Below are positions 49,601-59,341 of a stretch of DNA of 64,000 bases, one piece after another. Origin of the DNA: Bacteroidota bacterium (GTDB lineage Bacteria; Bacteroidota; Bacteroidia; Bacteroidales; CAIWKO01); NCBI GenBank assembly GCA_037128515.1, contig JBAXWF010000006.1:23574-87573 (forward strand), written 5' to 3'. The notes beneath the pieces are model-generated. The model searched no databases and was not told where the DNA came from. It worked only from the letters and a program-made list of their open reading frames with translations. A program made the position numbers and the translations under genes. How positions within the stretch are numbered: the stretch's first letter is position 1; each line of letters begins with the position of its first letter.

Positions 49601-50948
49601 TACTTTCTAAAGGTGTATATCCCCATGGCTCATAATAGGAAGGAAATACTGTAAGGTCGAATCCAATTAAGAAATCGTAATAACTGGAATTAAAAATGCC
49701 GTCGTTGCTATCCAAATAACAGGGTACGATCACAATTTTAACTTTATCCGAAGGTGAATTTGTCAGATTATTGGCTTTGATGCGCAAAATCATGGCATCG
49801 GTATTATAATCGCTTAAGAAATGTGTACAGAAATCGCCGCAAATGGCATTGCTGAAATCATTCTCTTTCATCCGATTAATTAGGTTGTGCGAGGGTCCCA
49901 TATTATTGGCAGGAACCGCAATAAACGCCACAATGTTTTGGGAAAGGTGTTCGCTTTTGTTCAATTGACCGAGTGAGTCAATATACAAGTCGATGCCTTT
50001 GTTGTGAAATTCGTAACGACCGCTGTTCAATAAATAAAGTGTGTTGTCGGCAAGAGGTTGGTTTAATAATGACTCTGTTACATGTTTAATTAATTGTTTC
50101 GATGCGATTCGTTTTTCTTCAAACACATCAGCAGCAGGAACAAACGAATCGTCGAATCCGTTCGGTGTGATAATAACAACACTTTTTTCGAGAAAATGTG
50201 AACATTCATTTGCTGTGATTTCGCTTACTGTTGTAAAACAATCGCATTGCTGTGCAGCTATTTTCTCGAGAGAGAATTTGGAAACCACACCCATAGTTCT
50301 TGCCAGATTTTCAGGATTATAATCTGTCATGTGGCCATAAAGCGGCAAATTATTACCGGCAATACATCTGCCTAAAACCGTTGCATGCGTAGTAAGAACT
50401 GTTCCTATTTGGGGGCTCTTATCGTTGAGATAAAGTACGCCGGCACCTGTCATCCATTCATGGAACTGGGCAATGATTCTGTCGTGGGCCGAAAGGTTGA
50501 ATTCATAAAAGCTTTTGATGATGTATGCTGCAGCAATTCCAAACAAAGCTGGTTCTATGTAATCCCATTGTCCGCTAATGGAATCTAATTGGTATTTTTC
50601 CCATAAACGGGAAAACACAATGTCTTTTTGAATAAAGAAAGGTGTAAAATCCACCAGTATCACTATGGGGTTTCCGCTGATGTTCCATCTACCAATCTTG
50701 AATTTTAATCCTTCGCTTTCGGCTTTTACACACCAAGATTTATATAAAAATTTATCTTCAATGAATTCGGGATTGTTGCGTGTTTCTTTCCAAACATCGG
50801 GGCCAATAAGCAGGTAATTATCATCTAATTTTTCAAATATTGAGGGTGCTTTGGTTGATATTACCGTGTAAATTCCACCAACTTTATTACAAACTTCCCA
50901 ACTTACTTCAAACAAGTAATCGGGGCTCAGTAATTTTTCGTTTGTCAT
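46686..50948 (-). CDS. glgP: GT3 glycogen synthase fused to alpha-glucan phosphorylase (GT35)
   Basis: N-terminal FEVSWEVCNKVGGIYTV, GRYEFHNKG, FPSYYEPWGYTPLES; C-terminal AYFSMEFG, YSGGLGILAGD, GFARRFATYKR, EASGTSGEK in one open frame. Confidence 0.92.
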   Translation of the reverse strand: MTNEKLLSPDYLFEVSWEVCNKVGGIYTVISTKAPSIFEKLDDNYLLIGPDVWKETRNNPEFIEDKFLYKSWCVKAESEGLKFKIGRWNISGNPIVILVDFTPFFIQKDIVFSRLWEKYQLDSISGQWDYIEPALFGIAAAYIIKSFYEFNLSAHDRIIAQFHEWMTGAGVLYLNDKSPQIGTVLTTHATVLGRCIAGNNLPLYGHMTDYNPENLARTMGVVSKFSLEKIAAQQCDCFTTVSEITANECSHFLEKSVVIITPNGFDDSFVPAADVFEEKRIASKQLIKHVTESLLNQPLADNTLYLLNSGRYEFHNKGIDLYIDSLGQLNKSEHLSQNIVAFIAVPANNMGPSHNLINRMKENDFSNAICGDFCTHFLSDYNTDAMILRIKANNLTNSPSDKVKIVIVPCYLDSNDGIFNSSYYDFLIGFDLTVFPSYYEPWGYTPLESIAFHIPTITTTLAGFGMWALSKSHYPEKFVSVIKRDDENSDYVTEMITKRILEYANSSDEEKNESRDKAFELSRLALWQHLSINYLKAYHIALQQSAMRFEQYKSKSHSIQLELKPKEQLNPIWKKILIKPSIPEELSALYKLSRNLWWTWNSNAVDLFEMINPILWEQCKQNPITLLESISFDEYRKLEKNTAFLEKLQDIYGQFNAYMCGGHERPHEQIAYFSMEFGLHHSLKIYSGGLGILAGDYLKQASDSNENMIGVSLLYRYGYFDQSISLLGDQIAAYPPQKYSHLPLIPVRKSDVEEDEPNNWLKVHLAAPGRTIIAKVWKVDVGRAALYLLDTDIEDNLPEDRIITHSLYGGGSELRFKQELLLGVGGIRVLEQIGSKPNIYHCNEGHAAFIGIERLRKYVYEENLTFNEAVEVVKASSLFTTHTPVPAGHDTFSEDILRTYIPHYADRLKISWNTFMNLGKVNENDPDEKFSMSVLAATLSSDINGVSKIHGRVTRHMFSNMYPGYFPKELHIGYVTNGVHFPTWVSKRWKKLYDETFNPAYINDQSNPDYWKKIYEVPDEAIWGIRQHQRSDLVDFLRQRLMNEMTLRQDNPQNIFNVSENLDAKALTIGFARRFATYKRAHLLFTNLERLAKIVNNKLQPVQFVYAGKAHPNDKAGQDLIKKIYEISNMPEFVGKILIVENYDIEVGKRLTQGVDIWLNTPTRPLEASGTSGEKAVMNGVINFSVLDGWWAEGYKPEAGWALKEERTYQNQNAQDALDSVTIYNMLENEIIPMFYNRNKEDIPTAWVQKIKNTIALIAPEFTMKRMLDDYRKKFYNPIIKRSAMMNADNFLNARKLSSWKQKMLRSWESIEVIAISTTDSNKKPLGMGEKFFAEIILKLNELNDNDVGIEILFGQKNNDIVDKILFLHEMKVTETKQNEVTFYYEMPAMMVGVFDYSFRLFPKNPLLTYRQDFSLMKWL

Positions 50949-51175
50949 CTTCTTCGTATTTCTTTTTTATTTTTTGAAGTGCAAAATTAATCAAAATCGC
51001 TGTCTTTCCTTTGCTGATTTTAAACAGGACATTATTATGGGATTAAAATCAGTTCAATATTTCTAATAATTGATTGATTGTTGTAGCAAAAGAATGATAT
51101 TAATAAAATAATGCGATTTTGCACACACAAATTCCCAAAAATTTCTTTATTTTGTAAATAATTAAAAAACAAACT

Positions 51176-51643
51176 ATGCCATTGCTACAAGTTGGAGATA
51201 TAGCTCCCGAATTTACCGGTGTTGCTCAAAGCGGAAAAAAAATTAGTCTGAGCCAATTTGCCGGAAAAAAAATCATTTTATATTTTTATCCAAAAGACAA
51301 TACGCCCGGTTGCACTGCCGAAGCTTGTAACCTGAGGGACAATTATCAAATACTTGTTGATATGGGCTTTTCTATTATTGGCATCAGCGGTGATAACGAA
51401 AACTCGCATCAGAATTTTATTTCTAAATTCCGATTACCTTTTCCGTTGATTGCCGATACCGATAAACGAATATGCATGATGTACGGTATTTGGGGTCCTA
51501 AAAATTTTATGGGACGTTCCTATGATGGTATTAACCGAACTACCTATATTATTTCCGAAAGTGGAGTTATTGAGGCCGTATTCGACAAAGTGATTACTGG
51601 TAATCATTCGCAACAAATTATTGACGAACTAAAAATTAAATAA
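51176..51643 (+). CDS. bcp: Thioredoxin-dependent thiol peroxidase Bcp
   Basis: YFYPKDNTPGCTAEAC. Confidence 0.93.
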   Translation: MPLLQVGDIAPEFTGVAQSGKKISLSQFAGKKIILYFYPKDNTPGCTAEACNLRDNYQILVDMGFSIIGISGDNENSHQNFISKFRLPFPLIADTDKRICMMYGIWGPKNFMGRSYDGINRTTYIISESGVIEAVFDKVITGNHSQQIIDELKIK

Positions 51644-51662
51644 TTAAAAAAAATATAAAACC

Positions 51663-52682
51663 ATGGCAAAAGAAATCGAACCCAAAATTGATAGCAACAA
51701 CAATAAAGAGAAATTAAAAGTTTTGCAGCTTACGCTCGATAAAATTGAAAAAAGTTATGGTAAAGGCACCATAATGAAACTTGGCGACCAACCCGATACC
51801 AGTATTGACTTTATTTCAACAGGCTCTATAGGTGCCGATGTTGCACTGGGTGTGGGTGGTTTTCCCAAAGGCCGCGTTATTGAAATATACGGTCCTGAAT
51901 CATCGGGGAAAACGACTTTGGCTTTGCATGCTATTGCCGAATCGCAGAAAAAAGGCGGTATAGCAGCTTTTATAGATGCTGAACATGCTTTTGATAGCAG
52001 TTATGCTCGCAAACTGGGTGTGGATATCGAAAACTTGTTGATATCGCAACCCGATAATGGTGAACAAGCTTTGGAAATTACCGAAAACTTGATTCGCTCG
52101 GGTGCTATCGACATCATTGTTATCGACTCGGTGGCCGCTCTCACTCCTAAAAGCGAGATTGATGGCGAAATGGGCGACTCCAAAATGGGTTTGCAAGCCC
52201 GTTTGATGTCGCAGGCTTTGCGTAAACTAACGGCTACCATTAGCAAAACCGGTTGCTGTTGCATTTTTATCAATCAATTGCGCGAAAAAATTGGTGTGAT
52301 GTTTGGTAATCCCGAAACCACCACGGGGGGCAACGCGCTCAAATTTTATGCTTCGGTGCGTATCGATATCCGCAAAATTAATCAGATTAAAGAAGGTGAA
52401 GAAATTGTGGGCAACCGTGTGCGTGTAAAAGTGGTGAAAAACAAAGTTGCACCACCTTTCCGCACTGCCGAAGTGGATATTATTTATGGTGAAGGTTTTT
52501 CGAAGGTAGGCGAAATTATTGATTTGGGTGTGGAAAAAGAAATAGTGAAGAAAAGTGGATCGTGGTTTAGTTATGGCGAAACAAAACTAGGACAAGGCCG
52601 CGAAGCTGTTAAACAATTGCTTTTGGACAATGCAGAACTGGCCGACGAAATTGAAATGAAAATAAGAGAAAAACTTAAATAA
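51663..52682 (+). CDS. recA: Recombinase RecA
   Basis: [49 protein letters not shown]. Confidence 0.98.
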   Translation: MAKEIEPKIDSNNNKEKLKVLQLTLDKIEKSYGKGTIMKLGDQPDTSIDFISTGSIGADVALGVGGFPKGRVIEIYGPESSGKTTLALHAIAESQKKGGIAAFIDAEHAFDSSYARKLGVDIENLLISQPDNGEQALEITENLIRSGAIDIIVIDSVAALTPKSEIDGEMGDSKMGLQARLMSQALRKLTATISKTGCCCIFINQLREKIGVMFGNPETTTGGNALKFYASVRIDIRKINQIKEGEEIVGNRVRVKVVKNKVAPPFRTAEVDIIYGEGFSKVGEIIDLGVEKEIVKKSGSWFSYGETKLGQGREAVKQLLLDNAELADEIEMKIREKLK

Positions 52683-52700
52683 TTGTCGCACCCCATTTGT

Positions 52701-53723
52701 ATGAAAATTTTTACAAAAACATTTTTGTTTTTCGTTTGTATATTGGTTGTTGCTTGCGGACCTAAAAAAAACGGAAATGATAAAACCAACACAGCCGACT
52801 CCTTGCATGTTGATTTGGCTACGTTGAACAAAAAAATTACGAACCATCCGGACGATGCAAAGCTTTATGACCAACGTGCCATTTGGTATCTGCAAAACAA
52901 AGACCCCGATAAAGCCCTAGCCGATATTAATCATGCTATTTTGCTCGAACCAAAGAACTCGGCTTTTTATCGCTCCTTGTCTGATGTTTATTTTGCTACG
53001 GGTAAGATAAAAAACGCTCAAAGTAGTTTGGAAAAAGCTTCTGAAATAAACCCCAAAGATGCTGAAGCTGTGTTGAAACTTGCCGAATTGTTTTTTTATA
53101 TGAAGGATTACAAAAAAACATTTGAATTTACCGACAAGGCGCTTAAAATTGATAATTTGAATGCCAAAGCCGATTTTATTAGAGGTATGGCTTTGAAAGA
53201 TATGGGCGATACGCTCAAGGCGGTGAAGAGTTTTGAGAAAGCTATTGAAAAAGATCAGCAGTACTTTCATGCCTATATGCAACTCGGACTGATGTATTCG
53301 GTTAAACACAGTGCGCTGGCAATCGATTATTTTAACAATGCTTTGAATTTGAACCCCAAAAGCATTGAAGCCTTGTATGCTTTGGCCATGTTTTATCAGC
53401 AAAATGGTGATTTCAACAAAGCCATTGCCAAATACACTATTATAATTCAAATTGACCCCACCTACAAATATGCGTATTACAACATCGGCTATATTTATTT
53501 GGATAAAACAAAATCGTATGACGATGCCATAAAGTATTTTACGGATGCCATTAAATGCGACCCGAATTATGCCGAAGCATTCTACAACCGGGGGTTGGCA
53601 TTGGAACTGAAAGGCGACATAAAAAATGCCCGGGCCGATTATCAACAAGCATTAAAAATTAGAACCAATTACGATAAAGCCATCGAAGGGATGAACCGCC
53701 TCGATAAAGCTTCGCATTTATAG
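52701..53723 (+). CDS. TPR-repeat lipoprotein
   Basis: Start at the ATG at 52701; VVAC lipobox; multiple TPR motifs (AYYNIG, AFYNRG). Confidence 0.88.
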   Translation: MKIFTKTFLFFVCILVVACGPKKNGNDKTNTADSLHVDLATLNKKITNHPDDAKLYDQRAIWYLQNKDPDKALADINHAILLEPKNSAFYRSLSDVYFATGKIKNAQSSLEKASEINPKDAEAVLKLAELFFYMKDYKKTFEFTDKALKIDNLNAKADFIRGMALKDMGDTLKAVKSFEKAIEKDQQYFHAYMQLGLMYSVKHSALAIDYFNNALNLNPKSIEALYALAMFYQQNGDFNKAIAKYTIIIQIDPTYKYAYYNIGYIYLDKTKSYDDAIKYFTDAIKCDPNYAEAFYNRGLALELKGDIKNARADYQQALKIRTNYDKAIEGMNRLDKASHL

Positions 53724-53747
53724 TTTAATTTTAAAATCATCAATATT

Positions 53748-55778
53748 ATGAAAAAACTCTTGGTTTGTTTTTCGTTGTTTTTAATGTGCAGCCTAAGTTT
53801 GTTTGCACAAAACCGTATGACACCCGAACTGATGTGGAAATTTGGCCGTGTGAGCGATATGCAGGTTTCGCCCGACAAGAAAACCATTCTTTTTGGTATC
53901 ACCTATTATAATTTGACCGAAAACAAAGGCAATCGCGATTTGTATATACTGCCTGTTGCTGGTGGTCCTGCTGTGAACATTAGCAATTCGCCCGCAAGCG
54001 AGTACAATGGTGTGTGGCGGCCGGATGGGAAAAAGATTGGTTACATCTCGGCAGAAAGTGGCGAACCGCAGCTTTGGGAAATGAATGCCGACGGAACCAA
54101 CAAAAAACAAGTTGGCCATATCGAAGGTGGCATCAATGGTTTTGCCTACGCTCCCACCATGACAAGTATTTTGTTTATAAAAGATGTGAAACTCGACAAA
54201 ACCGCCAACGAGGTGTATCCTGACTTGCCCAAAGCCGATGCGCGCATTATCGACGATTTGATGTATCGCCATTGGGATAGCTGGAACGATTTTTCTTACA
54301 GTCATATCATTGTTTCGGCTTATGCCGACGGGGTGGTGACCGGTGCTTTGGATATTATGAACACCGAACGTTTTGATTCGCCACTGACACCCGATGGGGG
54401 CATGGAACAAATTGCTTGGAGCCCCGATGGAAAAACCATTGCCTACACTTGTCGGAAACTCACCGGCAAAGCCGAAGCCCTGAGCACCAACTCCGATATT
54501 TATTTGTATAATCTGGATAAAAAAACAACCTCAAATCTAACGCAAGGCATGCCGGGCTATGATCAGGACCCGGTGTTTTCGCCCGATGGAAGCAAAATTG
54601 CCTGGTGTAGTATGAAAACGGCAGCTTACGAATCGGATAAAAAACGTTTGATGGTTAATGATATAAATGCAGGTACGGTGATGGATGTTACGGAGTCGTT
54701 TCCGGAGAGTGCTACCAACATCAATTGGAGTGCCGATGGCAAAAGCATTTATTTTTTGTCGTATACCAATGCCACGTGTCAGGTGTTTGCGGTGGATATA
54801 GCCACCCTAAAAACTACGCAGAAAACTACCGGAGTGCACGACTACACCGAATTGTTTGCCGATGGAAATTTATTGTTGGGAGTGCAAATGTCGATATCGA
54901 AACCTTCCGAGATTTATCGTGTGGATGCTGTAAAAGGCGTTTCGTCGGAAGTGCAACTTAGCTTCACCAACAAAGCCATTCTGGATAAAACCACTATGGG
55001 TAAGGTGGAAGAACGTTGGATAACCACTACCGACAAAAAGAAAATGTTGGTTTGGATTATTTATCCGCCCAATTTCGATAAAAACAAAAAATATCCTACC
55101 TTGCTCTATTGTCAGGGTGGGCCTCAGAGTGCCGTTAGCCAGTTTTTTAGTTATCGTTGGAATTTTCAGATGATGGCTGCCAACGATTATATTGTGGTTG
55201 CTCCCAACCGAAGAGGTTTGCCAAGTTTCGGCCAACAATGGAACGACCAAATTGCGCTGGACTATGGCGGACAAAACATGCTCGACTATTTGTCGGCTAT
55301 TGACTCTATGGCAAAAGAACCTTTTGTGAATGCCGACAAACTGGGTGCTGTGGGTGCCAGCTATGGAGCCTATTCGGTGTATTGGCTTGCCGGAAATCAC
55401 CAGAAACGGTTTAAAGCTTTTATAGCGCATTGCGGTATGTTTAATTTCGAAAGCTGGTATGGCACCACCGAAGAAATGTGGTTTGCCAATCACGATTTGG
55501 GTGGACCCTATTGGAAAACACCCCGCCCAAAAAGCTACGACTTTTCGCCAAACAATTTTGTTGGTCAATGGGATACGCCCATTCTGGTGATACATGGTGG
55601 CAACGATTTTCGTATTCCTTACACCCAAGGTATGGAAGCTTTTGATGCAGCGCAACTGCAAAACATTCCGAGCCGCTTTTTGTTTTTCCCCAACGAAAGC
55701 CATTTTGTTTCCAAACCTCAAGATGCGGTGCTTTGGCAACGCGAGTTCTTTCGCTGGTTAGACACGTATTTGAAGTAA
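53748..55778 (+). CDS. S9 family serine peptidase (dipeptidyl-peptidase 5-like)
   Basis: WSPDG propeller repeats, GGPQ, GASYG nucleophile, GGNDFR, PNESH. Confidence 0.92.
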   Translation: MKKLLVCFSLFLMCSLSLFAQNRMTPELMWKFGRVSDMQVSPDKKTILFGITYYNLTENKGNRDLYILPVAGGPAVNISNSPASEYNGVWRPDGKKIGYISAESGEPQLWEMNADGTNKKQVGHIEGGINGFAYAPTMTSILFIKDVKLDKTANEVYPDLPKADARIIDDLMYRHWDSWNDFSYSHIIVSAYADGVVTGALDIMNTERFDSPLTPDGGMEQIAWSPDGKTIAYTCRKLTGKAEALSTNSDIYLYNLDKKTTSNLTQGMPGYDQDPVFSPDGSKIAWCSMKTAAYESDKKRLMVNDINAGTVMDVTESFPESATNINWSADGKSIYFLSYTNATCQVFAVDIATLKTTQKTTGVHDYTELFADGNLLLGVQMSISKPSEIYRVDAVKGVSSEVQLSFTNKAILDKTTMGKVEERWITTTDKKKMLVWIIYPPNFDKNKKYPTLLYCQGGPQSAVSQFFSYRWNFQMMAANDYIVVAPNRRGLPSFGQQWNDQIALDYGGQNMLDYLSAIDSMAKEPFVNADKLGAVGASYGAYSVYWLAGNHQKRFKAFIAHCGMFNFESWYGTTEEMWFANHDLGGPYWKTPRPKSYDFSPNNFVGQWDTPILVIHGGNDFRIPYTQGMEAFDAAQLQNIPSRFLFFPNESHFVSKPQDAVLWQREFFRWLDTYLK

Positions 55779-56099
55779 CAAGTTCATCCAGTAGCAAATA
55801 ACAAGAAAAACCTGAGAAACTCTTTTCAGGGTTTCGCTGGTTTTAGTGAATACGGAAAAGTGAATACTGTTTTCATAAATTACGTTTTTCATTTAATAGT
55901 CATCTGTTTGTCATTAAACAAAATACCATTTCCCGTTTTTTTTAAAGTAGTAAATGCAGCCCAATGCTATTTGTGCCCTATTCACATCTGTGGACACATC
56001 ACTCCATGCAATTTGTTTTGTTATTACCCACTCAACTAAGAGATTATAAACTTCAAGGCTCATTGTAGGTTTTGGTTTTGTTGAACAGACTTCTTCCGC

Positions 56100-56153
56100 T
56101 GCCCTCGCTATAAAAAATAAATGAGCATGTGCGCTTTTTTCACCAAAAACCAC
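56100..56153 (-). repeat. Dispersed intergenic repeat, copy 3 (inverted, degenerate)
   Basis: Reverse complement GTGGTTTTTGGTGAAAAAAGCGCACATGCTCATTTATTTTTTATAGCGAGGGCA aligns with 25011-25066. Confidence 0.75.
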
Positions 56154-56327
56154 AAATAGCAAGAATATTAGAACAATTCAATCCTTTCATGCCGCCTTTA
56201 AAAAAATTAAGTTCCGCTCCACGCATCGGCTTTCACCTTAAGGCTCAAAACAAGGTGGTGACGAATTGCGACCTAGCTAAAGAAATATCTAATACGCTAG
56301 AAATCTATTTACTAAAAAGGGAAGTGC

Positions 56328-57167
56328 CTATTTAATTCTAATTTTTTGACCAATACTAAGCAAGGAAGTTTTTTTGATTCCGTTCAAACTACAAAGCGTA
56401 TCCACTGTGGTTCCAAATTTTTGCGAAATGGCATACAACGAATCGCCTTTCTTAATTATATAGTATTTGCCATCGGGCGAGATGGTATTTTGTGTTGTGG
56501 TGGCATGGCCCACGCTTGTGGTTCTGTTGCCCCCATTGCTCTGCATTTTCTTTAATGCCGAATCGAGTCTGGCTATAGCCAATTTGTCAACAGGCACACG
56601 TTTCAGTTGGTCGAGGTTCATGCGTTTGCTAAACAGATACCTGCTGGTGTAATAAGCATATCCGTTGAGTTTATCAATTTTAATACCTGAGGATGACGAA
56701 TGCAAAAAATAAATGGTATCGTGTGCAGCCTTATAAAATATGGTGGTATGCCCCACGCCGGTGCTGTGCGAATTGCGGCCTTTAAAAAACATCAAGTCGC
56801 CCCTTTTCAAACTATCCATAGCCACTTTTTGGCCTAACAAAGCCTGAGCCGGAGAGGCACGCGGCAAATCATATCCGAAAAGCGAATACAGATAGGCTGC
56901 AAATCCCGAGCAGTCTAAAGGCCACGAATTGTAAACCCGGCTGCGATAAGGCCGGCCAATAAACAATTTGCCCACCGAAAGCAGGCTATCCATAATGGAA
57001 TCGCGCGATGAAATAGGGCTAAGGTAGGCCAAATTAAAGAGGCTATTTTGTTGTTTTGAAGTAGAAACGGTGTTGGCTGTAACCGAAGTGCTGTTTTGTT
57101 TTTTTGGGATTAAAAACAAAAGCACACAAATCGCGACAACTAGAATCAGTTTTTTGGATTGCACCAT
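56328..57167 (-). CDS. NlpC/P60 peptidoglycan peptidase with a C-terminal LysM domain
   Basis: GRPY, DCSGF, LPR, GDLMFF, GH, FLHSSSS; YIIKKGDSLYAISQKF..LN..LSIGQKI. Confidence 0.9.
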   Translation of the reverse strand: MVQSKKLILVVAICVLLFLIPKKQNSTSVTANTVSTSKQQNSLFNLAYLSPISSRDSIMDSLLSVGKLFIGRPYRSRVYNSWPLDCSGFAAYLYSLFGYDLPRASPAQALLGQKVAMDSLKRGDLMFFKGRNSHSTGVGHTTIFYKAAHDTIYFLHSSSSGIKIDKLNGYAYYTSRYLFSKRMNLDQLKRVPVDKLAIARLDSALKKMQSNGGNRTTSVGHATTTQNTISPDGKYYIIKKGDSLYAISQKFGTTVDTLCSLNGIKKTSLLSIGQKIRIK

Positions 57168-57404
57168 AAAATGTTTTCAGATATTAAAAATTATTGCAAC
57201 AACTTTAACCAACACAAACAAAATATAATTCTATATTTTAAGTAGTTACAACATTACACTATCGTATTACTATGCAAATATAATAGAAATAATTGAAATA
57301 CCAAATAAATTCGATTCAAAAAATGCCGATTCGATAGGTATCGCTATTCGGCTAAACCGCATCAAATTATATTTAGCCGAGCAAAAAACCAACCGAAAAT
57401 AGGG

Positions 57405-57716
57405 CTACATGTATTTCCTCAAACTGGTCCAGGCACCGCCATTATGTACATCCTGAAAACCATTGGAACGCATAATGCCACGTGCAGCACCACTGCGCGC
57501 ACCCGAAGCACAGCACACAATAATGGGTTTGTTTTTTTTCAGTTTTGGAAGATGCTCCTGCACGTTTTTTAAAGGAATATTGATAGAACCTTTCAAATGT
57601 CCTTGTTGAAATTCGCCTTTCGATCTAACATCAATGATGGTGGCACCGCTCAATATAAGTTCACCCAAATCGGTTTTGGGTTTGGAAGAGATGAGTTCTT
57701 TTAAAAATTCAAACAT
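57405..57716 (-). CDS. Rhodanese-like sulfurtransferase
   Basis: IIDVR..EF..GH..GSINIP, CCASGARS, NGG. Confidence 0.9.
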   Translation of the reverse strand: MFEFLKELISSKPKTDLGELILSGATIIDVRSKGEFQQGHLKGSINIPLKNVQEHLPKLKKNKPIIVCCASGARSGAARGIMRSNGFQDVHNGGAWTSLRKYM

Positions 57717-57771
57717 TTTGTTTAGGGGACTAGGAGTTTAGACTATTTGACTATTAGGATTAGGTTTATGA

Positions 57772-58167
57772 CTATTGTCCGACAACAGCTTTAACCGTCA
57801 TTTCGGGCACTGCCAACAATTGTTTTTTTACTTTGCACAATCCGGCAACATGAATCACCGAATCCACACTTTTTTCAGGAAAATCCTTTGGCAAATTTAT
57901 CATCAAATCAAGGTGGGTTGCCAGTCCTTTTTCGTCGAACTGATGAGTTTGTATTATTTCAATACACTCGGTGGGTATCCCGCGATTATCGCAATATCCT
58001 TTAACATAAATACCGGCGCAGGTTGCCATCGAAGCCAAAAAAAGTTCGAAAGGGGAAGGTGCACTGTCATTGCCCCCACCTTCAACAGGTTGGTCGGTTC
58101 GCACAATATGGTTTCCCACTTGCGCATTCACTTTTTTGTTGCCGTCGAATGTTACTTTAATTTCCAT
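57772..58167 (-). CDS. OsmC family protein
   Basis: TDQP..GG.D.APSPFELFLAS.ATCAG, CKVKK. Confidence 0.88.
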   Translation of the reverse strand: MEIKVTFDGNKKVNAQVGNHIVRTDQPVEGGGNDSAPSPFELFLASMATCAGIYVKGYCDNRGIPTECIEIIQTHQFDEKGLATHLDLMINLPKDFPEKSVDSVIHVAGLCKVKKQLLAVPEMTVKAVVGQ

Positions 58168-58254
58168 AATTAATTTTTTAAACAAATTTATCTATAATTT
58201 TATCCCAAGCTCAATTTAAGAATAACTTACCTTCGCTTTGGGCATAAATCCTAT

Positions 58255-59334
58255 TTACTTTTTTGCAATGGTTTTTGCTGGATGATTAATGATAGCAGCA
58301 AAATACATGGCAAACGAACGATACAAAAAGTGAGTCCACTTGCCAAAGGGTACAATGATTAAAGCCCATTGCGCCAAAATGGTTAGATGCAGCATAAATA
58401 TCCAGAAATTGTTTTGCAACACATCCAAATCCATAGCCAAGCGAACAGCAAATGCACTAATACCCATTAAAAAAAACCAAATAACAAAAAACCAGTCGCT
58501 GGGATGCGACGAAGATGTTTTTTGGCTGCGATTACGCAAACGCCGTATCACAAAATCAAACGTTACAACAAAAATGATAGCGCTGAACACATAGCCCATG
58601 GCGATAATAAACAGGCTTTGGGTTCCAAACCAATCAAGAAAAACTGTGGTGAATAAAAGAGCCAAATAGCCTGTTACCAACATCAAATGTTCAAACCACC
58701 ACAAAGTATCTTTTTTCTCTTCGTCGCATTTCAGCACCCGTTTTTGGGTAAACATGTGAATAAAAAGTTCTTTAATTGCCATAAAGTGCGCCTTGATATC
58801 GAATTTCTTCTCTTTTTTCCACACGATGTAATACCACATACGAATGATATTGGGAAACAAAATAAATGCAAAAATACCTGCAATAGAAAACATTTCGAAA
58901 TAGTGGCCATACTCCAGCCATTGGTCTTGACTATACCCACCCTGAACCGCCACACCGACCACACCGGCTATCACCAACACAAATGCAACAATATATGCGG
59001 CCAGATTGCGATACAACAGTCCCGACAAACCAGTCCAATCGTATTTCGATATCAAATACCTTCTTATGGCCATCATCAAATTGCCCGGGTCGGCCTGCCG
59101 TGGACAATTGGTTGAACAGTCGCCACAATAATAGCACATCCACGGATCAACCGAAGATTTCAGTTCGTTTTCCAATCCAAGCATAGTGTAACGTATGGTT
59201 TTGCGCGGAAACGAATTATCTTTATCGGTGAGCGAACATATTGCCGTGCATGTACCACAACTATAGCATGCACTAAAGTCGCCGGCTCCGAACTTTCTGA
59301 TATCGTTTGCAAAATCGGGATTTACTTTTGCCAT
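58255..59334 (-). CDS. QmoC-like membrane protein (two 4Fe-4S motifs plus a TM domain)
   Basis: CYSCGTCTAIC and CYYCGDCSTNCPR, several TM helices, PFGKWTHFLYR. Confidence 0.82.
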   Translation of the reverse strand: MAKVNPDFANDIRKFGAGDFSACYSCGTCTAICSLTDKDNSFPRKTIRYTMLGLENELKSSVDPWMCYYCGDCSTNCPRQADPGNLMMAIRRYLISKYDWTGLSGLLYRNLAAYIVAFVLVIAGVVGVAVQGGYSQDQWLEYGHYFEMFSIAGIFAFILFPNIIRMWYYIVWKKEKKFDIKAHFMAIKELFIHMFTQKRVLKCDEEKKDTLWWFEHLMLVTGYLALLFTTVFLDWFGTQSLFIIAMGYVFSAIIFVVTFDFVIRRLRNRSQKTSSSHPSDWFFVIWFFLMGISAFAVRLAMDLDVLQNNFWIFMLHLTILAQWALIIVPFGKWTHFLYRSFAMYFAAIINHPAKTIAKK

Positions 59335-59341
59335 TTTTTGT

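Noticed and set aside
55914-56335. Short ORFs 55914..56162 (-) and 56129..56335 (+)
   Set aside because: They have no recognisable motifs and overlap the dispersed repeat; possibly remnants but unsupported.
57722-57778. Short degenerate GACTATT-type repeats (similar GAAT(T)CT repeats at about 21341-21375)
   Set aside because: Too short and degenerate to assign a function; probably low-complexity intergenic sequence.
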